This document shows, piece by piece, positions 1 through 20,100 of a DNA stretch of 64,000 bases (positions within the stretch are counted from its first letter, which is position 1; each line of letters starts with the position of its first letter). Below the pieces are notes generated by a model. It made no database searches, was not told the DNA's origin, and saw only the letters and a program-made list of their open reading frames with translations. Source of the DNA: Bugula neritina (Eukaryota; Animalia; Bryozoa). Both the position numbers and the translations under genes were made by a program. The stretch covers positions 28,333,504-28,397,503 of the forward strand of contig OZ037765.1 in NCBI GenBank assembly GCA_964035545.1, in the 5' to 3' direction.

Positions 1-3000
1 TGAAGAAAATTTGCGAATTTTACTTTTAGACCAATTTGTAAACGTCCATATCTCCATTATTTTTCTAGACTGAGCCTTAAAATTTGGTGTGTGATTTGAT
101 AACACCTATCAATTTGCACTAGTAATAACATATACTGCAGAATACTTTGTGTGCATATATGCTAAGCCATTGAATATTGGCAAATTTTTATAAATTTTGA
201 AAAAATTCGAATATTTGCCACATCACAAAAGGCGTCAATTTTTATTTTACTTCCATGAATTTTTATCTATAAACAGTTGATTATGGTGACTTTATACTCC
301 TTAATTTGTGTAATTTTGAAAATAATATTTTCCGAGATATAGACACCCAAAGTGAAGAAAATGTGAAAATTCGCCCAACTTCACAAGGATGTAACCTGAT
401 GTTTGAATACAGTAAAATCTTTCAAACAAGCATTTTCTGCAACGTCATTTAGTGTATTTTGTAGATTCATAAATTTGAACATCCTTATATTGTCCAAACT
501 TGAAGTAAATCGCACGGGAAAATGGTATGTGTATGAAAATCGGCAAAATGCAATTTTTCAATATAATATGTTGGGATCATACATTTTTTATCATTCATAT
601 TGCTCAAAATATCAAGTAGATACATATATGTTTCCTATATATGTCAAATCTACTGAAGATTACAATAAAATCTGATTTGTGTATAATATCATAAGAAAAA
701 TTCTGCCGATTGGCATTATATGATATTCCCATTAAGTTTCAGGTAGCAATTGTTATTTCTGTGAGTGAATGGTGTGAAACAGCTGAAATCTTGCTGGAAT
801 CAAGTACATTAAGTAGCTGAGGCAAGGAAGGCTTCAAAAAGCATACCCAAATATAACACCATGGTCCTGAATACAATAGGCCGAATTAGATCAACGTGGG
901 GGTTACTGCATGCTGGAAACAATTGTGGCTTTTGAAACAGACCGTGTCTAAATATAGCAGAATGGTCCTAACCTCACCCTAATCAGGTTAGTAATTTGCC
1001 CAGGCTAAGAATAATATTCATCATCCTGAAAAAATCTACAACTTTTTTTTTAAATGTAGAGAGAATGGTCTTCCAACTTTACCATCTCGTTCAAACAGAA
1101 TTTCCTTTGCTGTTTTCTGGCTTGCTGGGCCAGGTAATTGTTTGCTCCAAATTCTATGGCTGTTCTATCGATGGTCCAGCTTTTTGTGCTAATGTCAATA
1201 ACTAGACCCTCTCTAGTCACAAGAAAACTTCCGTGTCCTTATTCAAGGATCATACTAATTTGTTCAAATCTTTATGATTACTACGCTTCATACAGACATT
1301 TGTTGCTTCTGGGTGGAGTTCTTCTTCATCTATACCCTAGACTGTTTCTACCTTTTCAGTAATAACCTCCTGCACTTTCTTTCATTTTCTTTTCCTATAG
1401 CTCACTTTACTGGATGGGCTAATTTTGCAGCTTTCAAGGGAGAAGTTTCCAATTCTGTCATTCCAGTGTTTAGTGTCTGTGCTTCCTTAATTCTCAATTT
1501 CAAGAAATGCATCATATTTCACTTTTAGTTTCCTGAGAGTATTCTGAGAGCTCAGGTTTTTTAAAGCAATTAATATTGCACAGTTTCTCTCAGATTCTAC
1601 AGTTCAAAAGAGTAGAATTATACCAAGAAAGCCCCAAAAATTAGCCCTTCCAGTAAAGTGAACTATGGGGAAAAAGCATAATCTAGTGGAGGAGGTCATT
1701 GCTAAGAAGGTTGCCACAGTTGCAAGTATAGAGGGAGAGGAACTCCACCCAGAAGCAACAAATGCCTGTATAAAGCCTATTAATCATAAAGATTTGAACA
1801 TAATAATATGTTCCTTGAATAAGGTGAAAGTTTCTTTGAGACAAAAGAAGGTTCAGTTATTGACATTGGCACCAGAAAAATGGACCATTGATAAGGCATC
1901 TATAGAATTTGGAGTAAACAATTATCGTTGTGTTTCAAGTTAGAAAAATAAATATTTATTATAGTAGCAGACTGAAGAAATAGCAACGTATAAAAAGGTT
2001 ATCTCATGAGTTACAAGTTGCCAGTACAAGTGTGAAAAGCAAGTCTGGATAAGAAAAAAACTGCTGGGTTTTTATAGTCGTAAAAAAGTTAGCTTTTGTG
2101 TATTAGCTATAATGAAAATGGAAAAGCATAATAATTATAGCTGAGATGACATGTGAAAAGCTATCATGTATTAGGAAAAAAACTTTCCCAGCTTATGTAA
2201 AAACCCAACAATTACCTAGCACAGCAAGCCAGCAGACTGCAAAAAGAGTTCTGTCTGAATCAGATACTAAAGTCGGAAGACCATTTCTTCCAGCTATGAA
2301 AAAGAGAGTTGTAAATTTTTTAAGGATGATGAACATTAGACATGGCATGACGCCAATTACTTGATTCTTTAACCAGTACTAACCAAATTAGGGCGAGGTT
2401 AGGGCCATTGTGCTATATTTAGGCCCATCTGTTTCAAAAGCCACAATTATTTTCGGCATGTATTAAACACCACCGTCATCGAATTAATTAGGCCTATTGT
2501 GTTCAGGGCCATGGTGTTATATTTGGGTATGCTTTTGAAGCCTTCCTTGCCTCAGCTACTTAATGTACTTGATTCCAGCAAGATTTCAGCTGTTTCACAC
2601 CATTCACTCACAGAAATAACAGTTGCTACCTGAAACTTAATGGGAATATCATATAATGCCAATCGGCAGAATTTTTCTTACGATATTACACACAAATCAG
2701 ATTTTATTGTAATCTTCAGTAGATTTGACATATATAAGAAACATATATGTATCTACTTGATATTTTGAACAATATGAATAATAAAATATGTATGATCCCA
2801 ACATATTATATTGAAAAATTGCAATTTGCCGATTTTCGTACGCATACCATTTTTCCGTGCGATTTACTTCAAGTTTGGACAATATAAGGACGTTCAAATT
2901 TATGAATCTACAGAATACACTAAATGACGTTACAGAAAATGCTTGTTTGAAAGATTTTAATGTATTCAAACATCAGGTTACATCCTTGTGAAGTTGGGCG

Positions 3001-3546
3001 AATTTTCACATTTTCTTCACTTTGGGTGTCTATATCTCGGAAAATATTATTTTTAAAATTACAAAAATTAAGGAGTATAAAGTAACCATAATCAACTATT
3101 TATGGATAAAAATTCATGGAAGTAAAATAAAAATTAACGCCTTTTGTGATGTGGCAAATATTCGAATTTTTTCAAAATTTATAAAAATTTGCCAATGTTC
3201 AATGGCTTAGCATATATGCACACAAAGTATTCTGCAGTATGTGTTACTACTAGTGCAAATTAATAGGTGTTATCAAATCACACACCAAATTTTAAGGCTC
3301 AGTCTAGAAAAATAATGGAGATATGGACGTTTACAAATTGGTCTAAAAGTAAAAATCGCAAATTTTCCTCAAAATTTTTCCCAACCTTTGTTCATAGAAA
3401 TAGTCATTTCTCAAAAACTTTTTGTGTCAGGCCAGAAATATTCAAGAAAAGTACTTAGAACATGTGTAGGTCTATTTGGTGTAAATATGAACAAAATCTG
3501 AGACGCAAAGGCGTGGGCCATTGGTTGAGTTGACGCGGAATGACCC
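1..3546. mobile_element. Internally deleted DNA transposon with very long terminal inverted repeats, Sola2-like; left end lies about 175 bp outside the window
   Basis: 1..~993 is the reverse complement of ~2378..3371. The right arm continues to ...GCGGAATGACCC at 3546 (reads GGGTCATTCC inward). The spacer holds decayed transposase-like peptides. Long TIRs with 5'-GRG termini are typical of Sola2; the superfamily call is from memory of the family. Confidence 0.85.
1665..2364 (+). pseudogene. Fragmented transposase remnant (Sola2-like N-terminal region)
   Basis: KKVQLLTLAPEKWTIDKASIEFGVNNY and GRPFLPAMKKRVVNF(frameshift)KDDEH resemble the QILT..P..WS..K...EFGVS.Y and G+.L......V..FY.DDE.SR segments I recall from Sola2-type transposases. 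The region has stops and frameshifts, and no catalytic core is visible. Confidence 0.55.
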
Positions 3547-4380
3547 TATTATTAAAAATATTGTGATTATCATTGTGATTATCATAATGATGATGCAATA
3601 TTAATTAAATATTATTATTACTTTATTTCATATTGACATTCATTATGATTATGATGATATTAATTAATTACTACCATTATGATTATCATTATGACATTAA
3701 CTCAGACTTCGACTATGAGGGCAGGCAAATTATTAACTAAATTTATCTTTATTAACTCAAAATACTATTATTAGAGATTCATGAATGTTATTAAACTAAA
3801 AATTAAACTGAAACTCATTCATTTAAATTTTAAATATTCGCATGATTTATAATTAGATTATCATATTAATTGATAATAATATTATTAAATTTAATATTGA
3901 TTATTATAATACAAATATAATCATATAATTATACTGAATTTAATTATATGAATTATGATAATCATAATGATTATGATATTCATGTTCATATTGGGTATTG
4001 AGCTTGACTATAAGTATAACTATTGTTGCACTTATACTTATAGTTGTTATTAATAATATTAATATGTATTTATTATTCAGTTTCACTTATAATTAATATT
4101 ATGGTCATACTTATAGTTATACCCAGTAGCAGTATCAGTATGACTGTATGAGTATCAGTATGACTATACTCAGTCTCATACTGTATAGCAATACTAATAG
4201 TTATACTAATACTAATAGTAAATACAATTAGTTATACTATTACACTTGGAGTAACAGTAATACTATTAGTATTACTTATACTTAGAGAGGTATAGTTACT
4301 GCAATTGTGACTCAGACTGCGTAAGCCCGTAACCGTAAGACTAAGAGTAAGAGTAAGACCTAAGTTTAAGTAAAACTAAA
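3547..4380. repeat. Phased low-complexity tract (ATN triplets and ACT/AGT-NNN hexamers)
   Basis: e.g. attatgattatcattatg; agtatcagtatgact; actaagagtaagagtaag. Confidence 0.85.
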
Positions 4381-4433
4381 AGTTTTTGGTTAAAAAAATC
4401 ACATTCAGTTTCACTGACGATTGACATACTTAC

Positions 4434-4560
4434 GCTGTGATGTGCTAAATGCACTGTAAATGTCTTATTACAATTATACGTAATTGCACCAAATGCAATG
4501 TGAATAGAGTCGTGAATTTTAATTTAAGTGAATCACTTCGTCTTCAGATGTCAAGCTTGT
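4434..4560 (-). other. Putative non-coding first exon of a minus-strand gene extending left out of the window
   Basis: Consensus donor (AGC|GTAAGTATG) on the minus strand at 4433, no ATG in the segment, and the same tract architecture as other gene starts in the window. Confidence 0.4.
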
Positions 4561-6847
4561 ACTACTACTACTACTACTACTAGTACTACTACGTCTACAG
4601 TCTACACCTAGGGCTAGTTACAGGAAATTTTTTCCATGGAAAACAGCGAATAACTGGAAGCTTCCTTTATTTCTTACTCGGGTTGCAACTGTAGAGTTAT
4701 TCCACCTAAACTTAGTGGGATAACTCCGCATCAACTTGGTCTAGCTAGGAAACATGATATTATATTACCATTCATGCTTCTCTATCTTTTTAAGATTAAC
4801 AACCTATATCAGCTATATGTAACAGAAGATTAATTGTAAACAGCTTCATGAGACTTTTAACCTGTTTAAGTGAACCGTTTTGGATGCAAGCATGGCCAAC
4901 CAAAAAGGATAAGTGAAAATGTTTTTCCCATAATTTTTTTACACTGATTTTACGTGTGATTTCCTTACTGAAAAGCTGCCGACTATATAATAAAGTGCTC
5001 TATATATTATTGAGAGGTACTATAAAGTTTTCACTTCACGTTCTCAAGACTTATGACCAATTGTGGTTTCTGGTACATAAGTAGAGTCTGGTGCTCATTT
5101 ACTGCTGAACAAACTACTAGGCTGAAGAGGCGCAAGGGTTGGATTTCATTTTTATTTCTAACATTGATAAACCTTTGTCAACCTTTACATACAACCTTTC
5201 TCATATAACCAACCAGGAATCAACCAACCTTGCTCACTACTAACTGTAAAACCTATATTAAACAATATTAACTGTATAGTACATGACCAAATGACAGCAA
5301 TACAAAAACATAAATACAAGAAATATCATTATTTACATTGATGATTGAAGCTACATTAGTATAAATCATCTCAAAAGGACAAAACTTGAGTATAACATAA
5401 TATAGTATAACTACCTTGTGAGTCTATGCTTAGTAGTTGTCCTACTAATTAATCAAGTGTAGGTATTCACTATTTGCTTGTTATATGGGAGAAATTTTGC
5501 ATAGCTAGGTGCCTAAAATAAAGGCTGTTCTTTTATGCAGCAGCTTATATATCTTAATATCTTTATGGAATAGCTTGCTATAAAGCGTTTAAGCTGAGCC
5601 ATTCTAGTTTCACAATTGAATTAACAATATGAACTAGTAGAGGACCGGCCACAAACCCTGACCCAGATGAAGTGCAGTCTTTAGGCCCAGTCCAGTGCAA
5701 AAAGCTGTTCAAGCACTTTCGGCTTATAAACCATATAGCTTAATGAATTCGCTTATTTTTCAATTGATTTGTTAAATGGTAAATTTGGTGTCTAAAGAAA
5801 AGTTTCAAATTTGTTTGTAGCTGAGCTCCTTTAGAATTGGGCAATGGTTTTCGGCATACTTGTTTGCAGTGCCCCAAGTAGTACAAATGCTAGATATTGC
5901 AATCTTCCACATTAGTTACATACATGTATATACAGGCCTGGTTTTCGACTATTAATTTAGGGGGGGAGGGGGCAACTGTTTTAATTTGTGGGCTGATAAC
6001 TCTCTCATAGCAACACTAGAAACTGAAGAGCTGCTTCAGCATTTACGTACAGGCTGTGACAATAATGGATAATTTCATAGTAAACTGTAAGTCACCAAAT
6101 ATTATGCAGGTGACATTAGATGAGCGGTCAGTCAATAAAAAAAAATCTTTGACGAATGTGGCTGTTAATAGAGCTGGATGTCTATTTTTAGAACTTTAAC
6201 AAAAACATGCTAGTAAATGGAGACCATATTTACTAGACTTACAAAGAGAAGTAAGATAAAGGGTGAAGCGTTGAAGAACTTTTTAAAAGGTAAAGTATAC
6301 AAAGCTACTGAATATCTCTCACTAGCACAATTTCACTTGATTATTTGCATTGGTATAAAAATTAACAATCTATTTTGCTAAACAAATCAATAATCAAATT
6401 ATCTCCCCTCTTCTTTCATGCATGGTGACTGGTTTTAGTTTGTTGGATCTAGTATATTATTGTTATCAATAGGTGCAGTTGGAGGACTGCAAATCTTAGG
6501 TCTATAATCTATATACCACACGGTTATGGTCAGTATTCAACTTTATAACTGGCTTATTCTTATTGAAAATTTGCATTATCCAAAGAATTGCAACTGACTT
6601 CACAGAAAATAGAGTAGAACATTTTATTTTCACAGATGACTTCCAAGGCATAAGGCAATACAATATTACAAGAACGTATTACATAAAAACATATCTATAC
6701 ATGGAACTATTTTTTGTATACCAAAACCAAGGAATGGGCACCTAACATATAGAAGGAATTGAACACAATTCAGAATGTAACAACACAGATACTTGTCCAA
6801 ACCATGCTGGAGATTGTTTTTAGTCAGAAATCAATAATAAATTATCC

Positions 6848-7841
6848 TCACTTATCAAAGACTCCCAAAATATCATCATCTCTCACTAAGGTGTACTCCT
6901 GAAACAAAGAAAAAACATCAACATGAGAACAGTGTTTTATTATATCAAAGCAACTTAACATATAATTATAAGATGCACTATCGGAAAAAACATACACACC
7001 TCATCATTGAGAGTTACTTTCGTTCCACCGTACTCAGGAAGAAGGACTTTGTCCCCGACTGCAACAGCTGGGGGAACAACCGTGCCGCTGTCAAGTCGAG
7101 ATCCAGGACCAACTGATACCACAGTTCCTTGTAAAACTTTACCAAGAGATTTTTCTGGCAGCATTATTCCTCCTTTAGTTTTAGTTTCAGCAGCCAGGCG
7201 CTGGATCAATACACGATTCATAAGAGGTCTGAAACTTGCAGCCTATATGAATATAAAATGGCAACATTTGAATGAAAAAAAAACATTAAGTAAAATAGAT
7301 GATAGTATTAGTATAAGTGATATAAGTAATCAATTTTAGCACGTATTGGCAGAGTTATAGGGAATGAAAGTTATTTTCACAACAACAAATCGCTCATAAT
7401 ATCTTAATTTCAATCAAATTCAATAAAAATTTCAGTTACAAATTTGTTTTCAAAACTTGAAAGAATTTTCATCTCTAATACAGCACTATGACTATCCTAA
7501 CAAATTATTATTATCACTGTAAAGATAACTGGAAGACTTTCTGTCAAAATGATTGAAAGAACTTCTGAGAATATGGAATATTTATTGTACAATTTATTAA
7601 ACACAGAGTCTAGCAATCTGATTTGTAAAACTTTGCAAACTTTGAAGTGAGAGCATGGCCAAGACCTGACAAAAAACTACCGACTACACTTCGAGTACGA
7701 GTTCGACTTCAAGCAACAACTAAGTTTTAGTTTATTATTTACCGTTACGTAAATTTGCTATTAACAATATAATTTATATTATCATTATGATATTGAACTC
7801 TTATCATCAGTATCAGTATGGATTAATACGATTCTTACCAT
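6848..7841 (-). CDS. HSPE1: Mitochondrial co-chaperonin Hsp10 (GroES family), 98 aa, 3 coding exons
   Basis: Exons 7839-7841 (ATG only, then GTAAG), 7000-7242 and 6848-6898. Protein M-AASFRPLMNRVLIQRLAAETKTKGGIMLPEKS...[35 protein letters not shown]. Confidence 0.97.
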
Positions 7842-8150
7842 ATTTGATCGATTTAGCTTTATCTGTTTTAACAACTGACTTTTATTACGTTATCTAACAC
7901 TAATGGAACCAGCAGAAAGTAGCACGTGCAACAGCATACATGTGAAATTCAAGGCCCCGGCTAATGGAAATTTCTAGCACATGTAGGCCGCCAACGAGCT
8001 ATCGCAAAGACTGAGAGTAGCATTACAATTCTGAATTTACAGAGTTATTTTCTTTCACAATAGTCGCTGCGTTCATATAGCTATAACTTCGAATCACGGT
8101 CTAGAGTTACGACAATGAACTTTTTATTTGTTGCACGCTGCAAGTGCAAG
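7842..8150. promoter_or_regulatory. Bidirectional Hsp10/Hsp60 promoter with an imperfect heat-shock element at 7966-7980
   Basis: Lies between divergent chaperonin genes, is locally CpG-richer, and gGAAatTTCtaGCAc matches nGAAnnTTCnnGAAn with one mismatch. Confidence 0.6.
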
Positions 8151-8199
8151 TGCAATGGAATATAATTCATTCAAAGCTATTCAAGAAGTTTTCTTCTGG

Positions 8200-8700
8200 T
8201 TAATTATAGTTAATAATGGGATAATCATAATAAAATTAAATAGTTATTAGAATAACCTACGGTTTCAGTTAGTCGGGTTAGAGTAAGATTGAGAGTAACT
8301 GTAAGTCATTAACTGTTAAGACTAAGACTAAGAGCTAGAGTGTCAGTGTAGTACTACTTCACTACTACTAGTACTAGTACTAGTAGGTCTAGTACTAGCA
8401 GTACTACATCTACTACTAGTAGTAGTAGTAGTAGTACTACTAATACTAGTAGTACTAGTAGTTGACTAGTTCAATTCTGATTCATAACAAACTTACAGTT
8501 ATTTTTAATTGAATTATTTCGTTTTATTAATATTATTATAGACTTACGCTGAGTCTGTCTCTTGGGCGTAGCTTCTAGTTCTAGTAGTAGTTCTATTATT
8601 CTAGATAAATCTAGTTATCCTGAATCTACCAATGTATCATACTCATACTGATAGTGATACTCATACTCATACTCATACTCATACTGTGCATTACTTGATT
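8200..8700. repeat. Phased ACT/AGT low-complexity tract in the Hsp60 5' region
   Basis: actactactagtactagtactagtagg, (actcat)n, actaagactaag. Confidence 0.85.
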
Positions 8701-9312
8701 GCATGATTTAATTTTAAATTCAAAATAAACTGATCGTGATTGCCATTTTCATTTTGAAAACTACCAATTTACTCTAATGACTAATAATAACTATAAGCCT
8801 TTACTTTTTGCATCATAAAAATAAGTTAAGCTCTCATTAGTTTTATCATTTTTTAAACTTGTGCAATTCTCAATACATTTAATTTTGCAAAAAAGGACAG
8901 TACTGTTTACAGTTTGCACTATAATTATTGTCAGTTTTGTGGTTACGTTTGGCCAATTTATTTGGAGTTGTCTTTTTCAAGAGAAGAAAGCTTCATATGG
9001 GTTGACCATATAAACCATCGCCATGTGTATTTACATTTCATGTAACCCAAACTAAAATCCATTTAAATTTTGAAGTATTGAACTTCTACTGGTTCACCAA
9101 GCTCAACTCATAATTTCATAATCTGATTTATTTTATCTTACAGTTGACTGGTGGTTTTACAATCAGAATTGTCCGTTATGTAAATCTCCAGTGTATTAAA
9201 CTTTCTTTCTCGATTATTGCCATGAAAAACTTATATATAGTGCAAATTGATTAAAATTGTCTATTTACTATTTTCATTGTAGTTTCATTGCTTTATCAAT
9301 TTGCAGTGTTAA

Positions 9313-15856
<6,544 letters not shown>

Positions 15857-17129
15857 TATTTAACAATGTTCATGTAATATACTACTGTGCTCTGTTGTCT
15901 ATATAGGCCAATAGTGGCTGTAGACATTTACTAAACAAAATATCTCACAAGTGAAAATTTTAATGGCCAACATTGGAAAGGGATGGCTGCTTACGAATAA
16001 TTTCAAGCTTATACTTGTAAATAATGTATTTCTTTTTTACAACATTCAAACAGCATTTTGATGCTCATCTTTGCCACTAGATGCTAAAGGCAAATAAAAG
16101 GCACAAACAGCAAATCAATTCTGCTTTGTTTACTTGCCACTATGATTTGTAATATAGTTGCAAAGCAAATGTTCAATTGTATTATAAAGCTGAAGCAAGT
16201 GAAAGATCGTTTGAATGCATTGGTGTTCAGTTGATTAAACTTTTTGGTCAGTAGGCACATTGAAAAGCTGCTTGGTGAGTTTTGTGCTGGACCTTTCAAT
16301 TTTAGTTTGGAGTTGTGTCTCCCAATCATGTGTATAGCATACAGTGAAAATGTAATATAGGTGTCGGATGTCAATCTGTTTCAATTAATGACGAATTTTG
16401 TCATTCCAGGATTTTACCTTTTTCACTTGACAGAATACAGATTTTATTTATAACATATGCAATATAATATTTGTTTAATGATATATATATATACAATGTG
16501 GTCTTGTCACTATCTCAGTAGATCATAAGTAGTGTTTTTACACACAATATAAAATGAAACAGAATGAATTTTAGCAGTCTCGAAGAACTAACAATAACAA
16601 TAGTTATTATCAAAGCAGAAAAATCTGCACCATCTGTGAATATACATATTCAAGATACTTGCACTACAAAGTCAAGATTACACTTGAAATGAGGCTAAAA
16701 TTATCTAATTAATAACGAGATTTTCAAAACTAGTAGGTCACATACTAAAATACAAGCCTACATAAAGCTATTATTAGACTTGAGGCAAATGGGTAAAACA
16801 AAACCGAGATCAATAAAAATGAGAGAAAAGGTAATCATCACCTTTTGCAGAACACTAAAAGTTTAAAATGGTTGTGGGCTCATGATTGTGACTAAAGCAG
16901 AGGCTTTGTATTCTGAATAAGATCATTGAGATAACAGACTATAAATAAAATGTCAACTAAAACTAGTGAAGCCTAAGTATTGAAGAGTTGGCTAAGTTAA
17001 TATTTTTAACAACTCCTCACTTGCAGTAGAGCAAAAACCTTACACAGAGTATGAATAATGAGCTAAAATAACTTATTGGCAATTAAATAAATGTGGAGTG
17101 GTTGAATGCCTCAGCCTATCCATCCATCT

Positions 17130-20100
17130 CTAATGGGCATCATCCACAACTTGTGCGTGTGCAGTGTCTATACTTTGTCTGTAAACTTTCAAATACTGAA
17201 ATGCTGATGTAGCACTTGGTTGAAATGTTTTTGATGGAGCAATCAAGCAAAACTCTGAAAACTTTGGTACAATGGTTCTACAAACAAAAACCAACAAGCA
17301 TAAAAGCCATGAAACGTGTCATTAAAATTGCTGCAACAAACATGCAAATGAAAAATAATCAATTTAAATAGGTAAAGCTAGAATTACTATGATTAAAGCC
17401 TAAAGAAGGTGATAGAACTGATTAAACCATTGCTGCTTACACACTCTCATATTGAATGGATTTGGTAAAAATATGCTGAGAAAATGCTAAACTTACAATT
17501 CATCTATGATCTTTATTTTTTCTGCGCCATCTGGTGGTTGTCTCATAAACTCACTGTTAGGCCTGGGACTGCTAGTCATTTTTAAAAGGGCTCCGTTGAT
17601 GTCCTCTGCAATAGTAAATGAAGGAACATACAATATATAGGTGGGTACAGTAAAAGTTGCCAGCAGTATTTCTACAGCTTAGATCTGATGCGTGAACATG
17701 TATGCATGCCATTCAAGTCAACCTCTATAAGCCTTTTAGCCTACCCCACAAAAGTTTAATAATTATCCACTCACATCAACAAGTGAAAATAATTCATTTT
17801 ATTCTTTCCATTATTGATATTGAATATTACCATAAATAATATATTCAGACAAGCAGCAATGCAAGACATAAAAACTATTCATTTGGCTGGCTACTAGCTC
17901 AAGTCTATTTATTTTATCAGCAAAAGTATTATGGTTGAATGACTCAAAGGGATATGTGCAATACTATATACTAGCAAATTGCATTACACCAATACAAAAG
18001 CCCTTAATAGTAGTAAATTCAGCATTCACTAAATCTAATGTGTGCAAATGTTTAACTGTACTGTGAAATGGGGCAGAAGCGAGTATCCAAGCAATGTTAT
18101 TTTCTATATGAATATAAACTCTAACACGTGATGATGGAGCAGAGGGAGAGAGTGGAACTAACGGGCACAGTTTGTGATATTTATTACAGCTTTGTACACA
18201 AGCTATGCACTGGAGGAGTAAACAGTGCAACATTGATTTCACCTCCTATGAGACAGTAGAAACTGCAGCCCAAGGCTAAATAATTTGGATAGTTTCAGGG
18301 TGTAATAGTATGAATCTGAACGAGGCGTAAAGAGGCCACTTACCATTATTTTCAGTCGTTCCCGGGTCCTCTAGCTCAAATTGCTCTACAATATAATTAA
18401 GTGACAACTGGTGTTATTGACATTAAACTAGCTCAGAGCTGTGATCACAGCCCATCTATCATGTGTGTTCATACCATGTAATACAGTAGTTATAGGTGAC
18501 TGCTAGTCATTACATTCTTCATTATAATAATATGTTAGTAAAGGTTCCTATAATTATTTTTTGTAGCTTTTTGGAAACTGTAACTTGCCCTTTCAGTTCA
18601 TTTGCATGATTACTATCTTACACTGTACTGAGTACAAATGAAAATCATTACTAACCCAATATGTTACATAAAGCCTAGCTAGAAATACGAGCTACTGCAC
18701 TGACATCGTATCTCTATGCTGAACAATACATTACAAATTGTGTTAGAATTGGACATTTGATACAGAGTGTGATAGCAAACATTCTCAAAGGAGTGAGATG
18801 TTTAATTTGGAGTAAGGTCTTGGAGTGGTTAGAATTATACTTTGAGAACAAAAGAATGTACAAGCAGGCATATTGGAGCAGCAAGTGAAGCTATGATTTA
18901 ATCAAAATTTTATGTAATAATATTTCATGTAAAATAATGAAAGTATTAATTAAAATTTTAATTTCCTTTGCCAAAACATTTCCTTACTGCCTCTAGCACT
19001 ACCACTGCTACTACTACTGGTACTACTACTGTTGCTACTACTGCTATTACTACTAAAACCACTACTACTACTACCACTACCACTACTACTATTAGTGCTA
19101 CTACTACTAATACCACTACTAATACCACTACTAATACCACTACTACTACCACCACCACTACCACCACCACTACTACTACCACTACTACTACTACTGCTAC
19201 TACTACTACTACTACTAGTAGTGCTAGTGCTACTACTGTTACCACTACTGCAGTGTGCTACTACTGTTGCCACTATTCATACTTCTACCATCACTGTTAA
19301 TTAATACAGTCACTGCTACCACCATTAAACTGCTACTCATACTAGGAGTGCAACTGCCAAATATTTGATGCCCTGCCTGTTAAACTGTAGGTAAACTATT
19401 TCTCTAGCTGAAGTAAGTACATGTGGCTTGCTTGTGGTTATATTTAGCAGTCATAAATATTACACTGTAGAAATAAAACGTAATAATACTAAAGTAGATG
19501 GAGTTTATGTAGTTGAACTATGGTAAATAGGAAAATAATACACCATTTGTAATAAATGTTGATAGCTTTAATGTGTTATTCAGAGTTTGTGGTTGATATT
19601 GCCAGGTCTGTGTAACTCGTAAAGGTGTGGTGTGTAGAATGATAACGTTATGCCAACAACACCTTTCCCTGCTTTCATGTACAACTGAATGCTGACATGC
19701 CTGCAGTATTACGCTGCCTTACCTAGGTTGATATTAAACACATGTCATATGCTGTGCTCTAGCACCGTGGCTGTACGGTGTGTACAAGTCTGCACCATCT
19801 TACCTGGAATAAAAGATGGGCTAGCAGATCGTGAACTAATCTCTTCATCACTTTGAGACGAACAGCGGGAGTTATCCGAACACTCATAATTATCCTTGAC
19901 TTCCAACATGACTGGCGCTGTGTAGGAAAGACTGTCTCCCCCAGTCACCAGGTTAGAGGTCTGTGAGAGAAGTTCACATATCGGAGCTCTGTGACCATCA
20001 GGATTATCTGCCAGCTAAAGTAGAAATTGACAACATCTACACCGGCTAATGGTGGTGGCTGGCCGGGATAGTCACTTGTTTATTAAACTTATACAAATGA

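Noticed and set aside
403-2969. Twin 90-aa ORFs at 403-675 (+) and 2697-2969 (-)
   Set aside because: Mirror images produced by the transposon TIRs; non-ATG starts and no recognisable protein
5630-5745. GC-richer patch that might be a coding exon
   Set aside because: Short frames, no homology recognised and no clear splice pair
18950-19304. Poly-Thr/Ser/Val/Leu ORFs resembling a mucin or membrane protein
   Set aside because: Reading frames of an intronic (ACT/ACC)n microsatellite; the GLCCI1 exons join in frame without them
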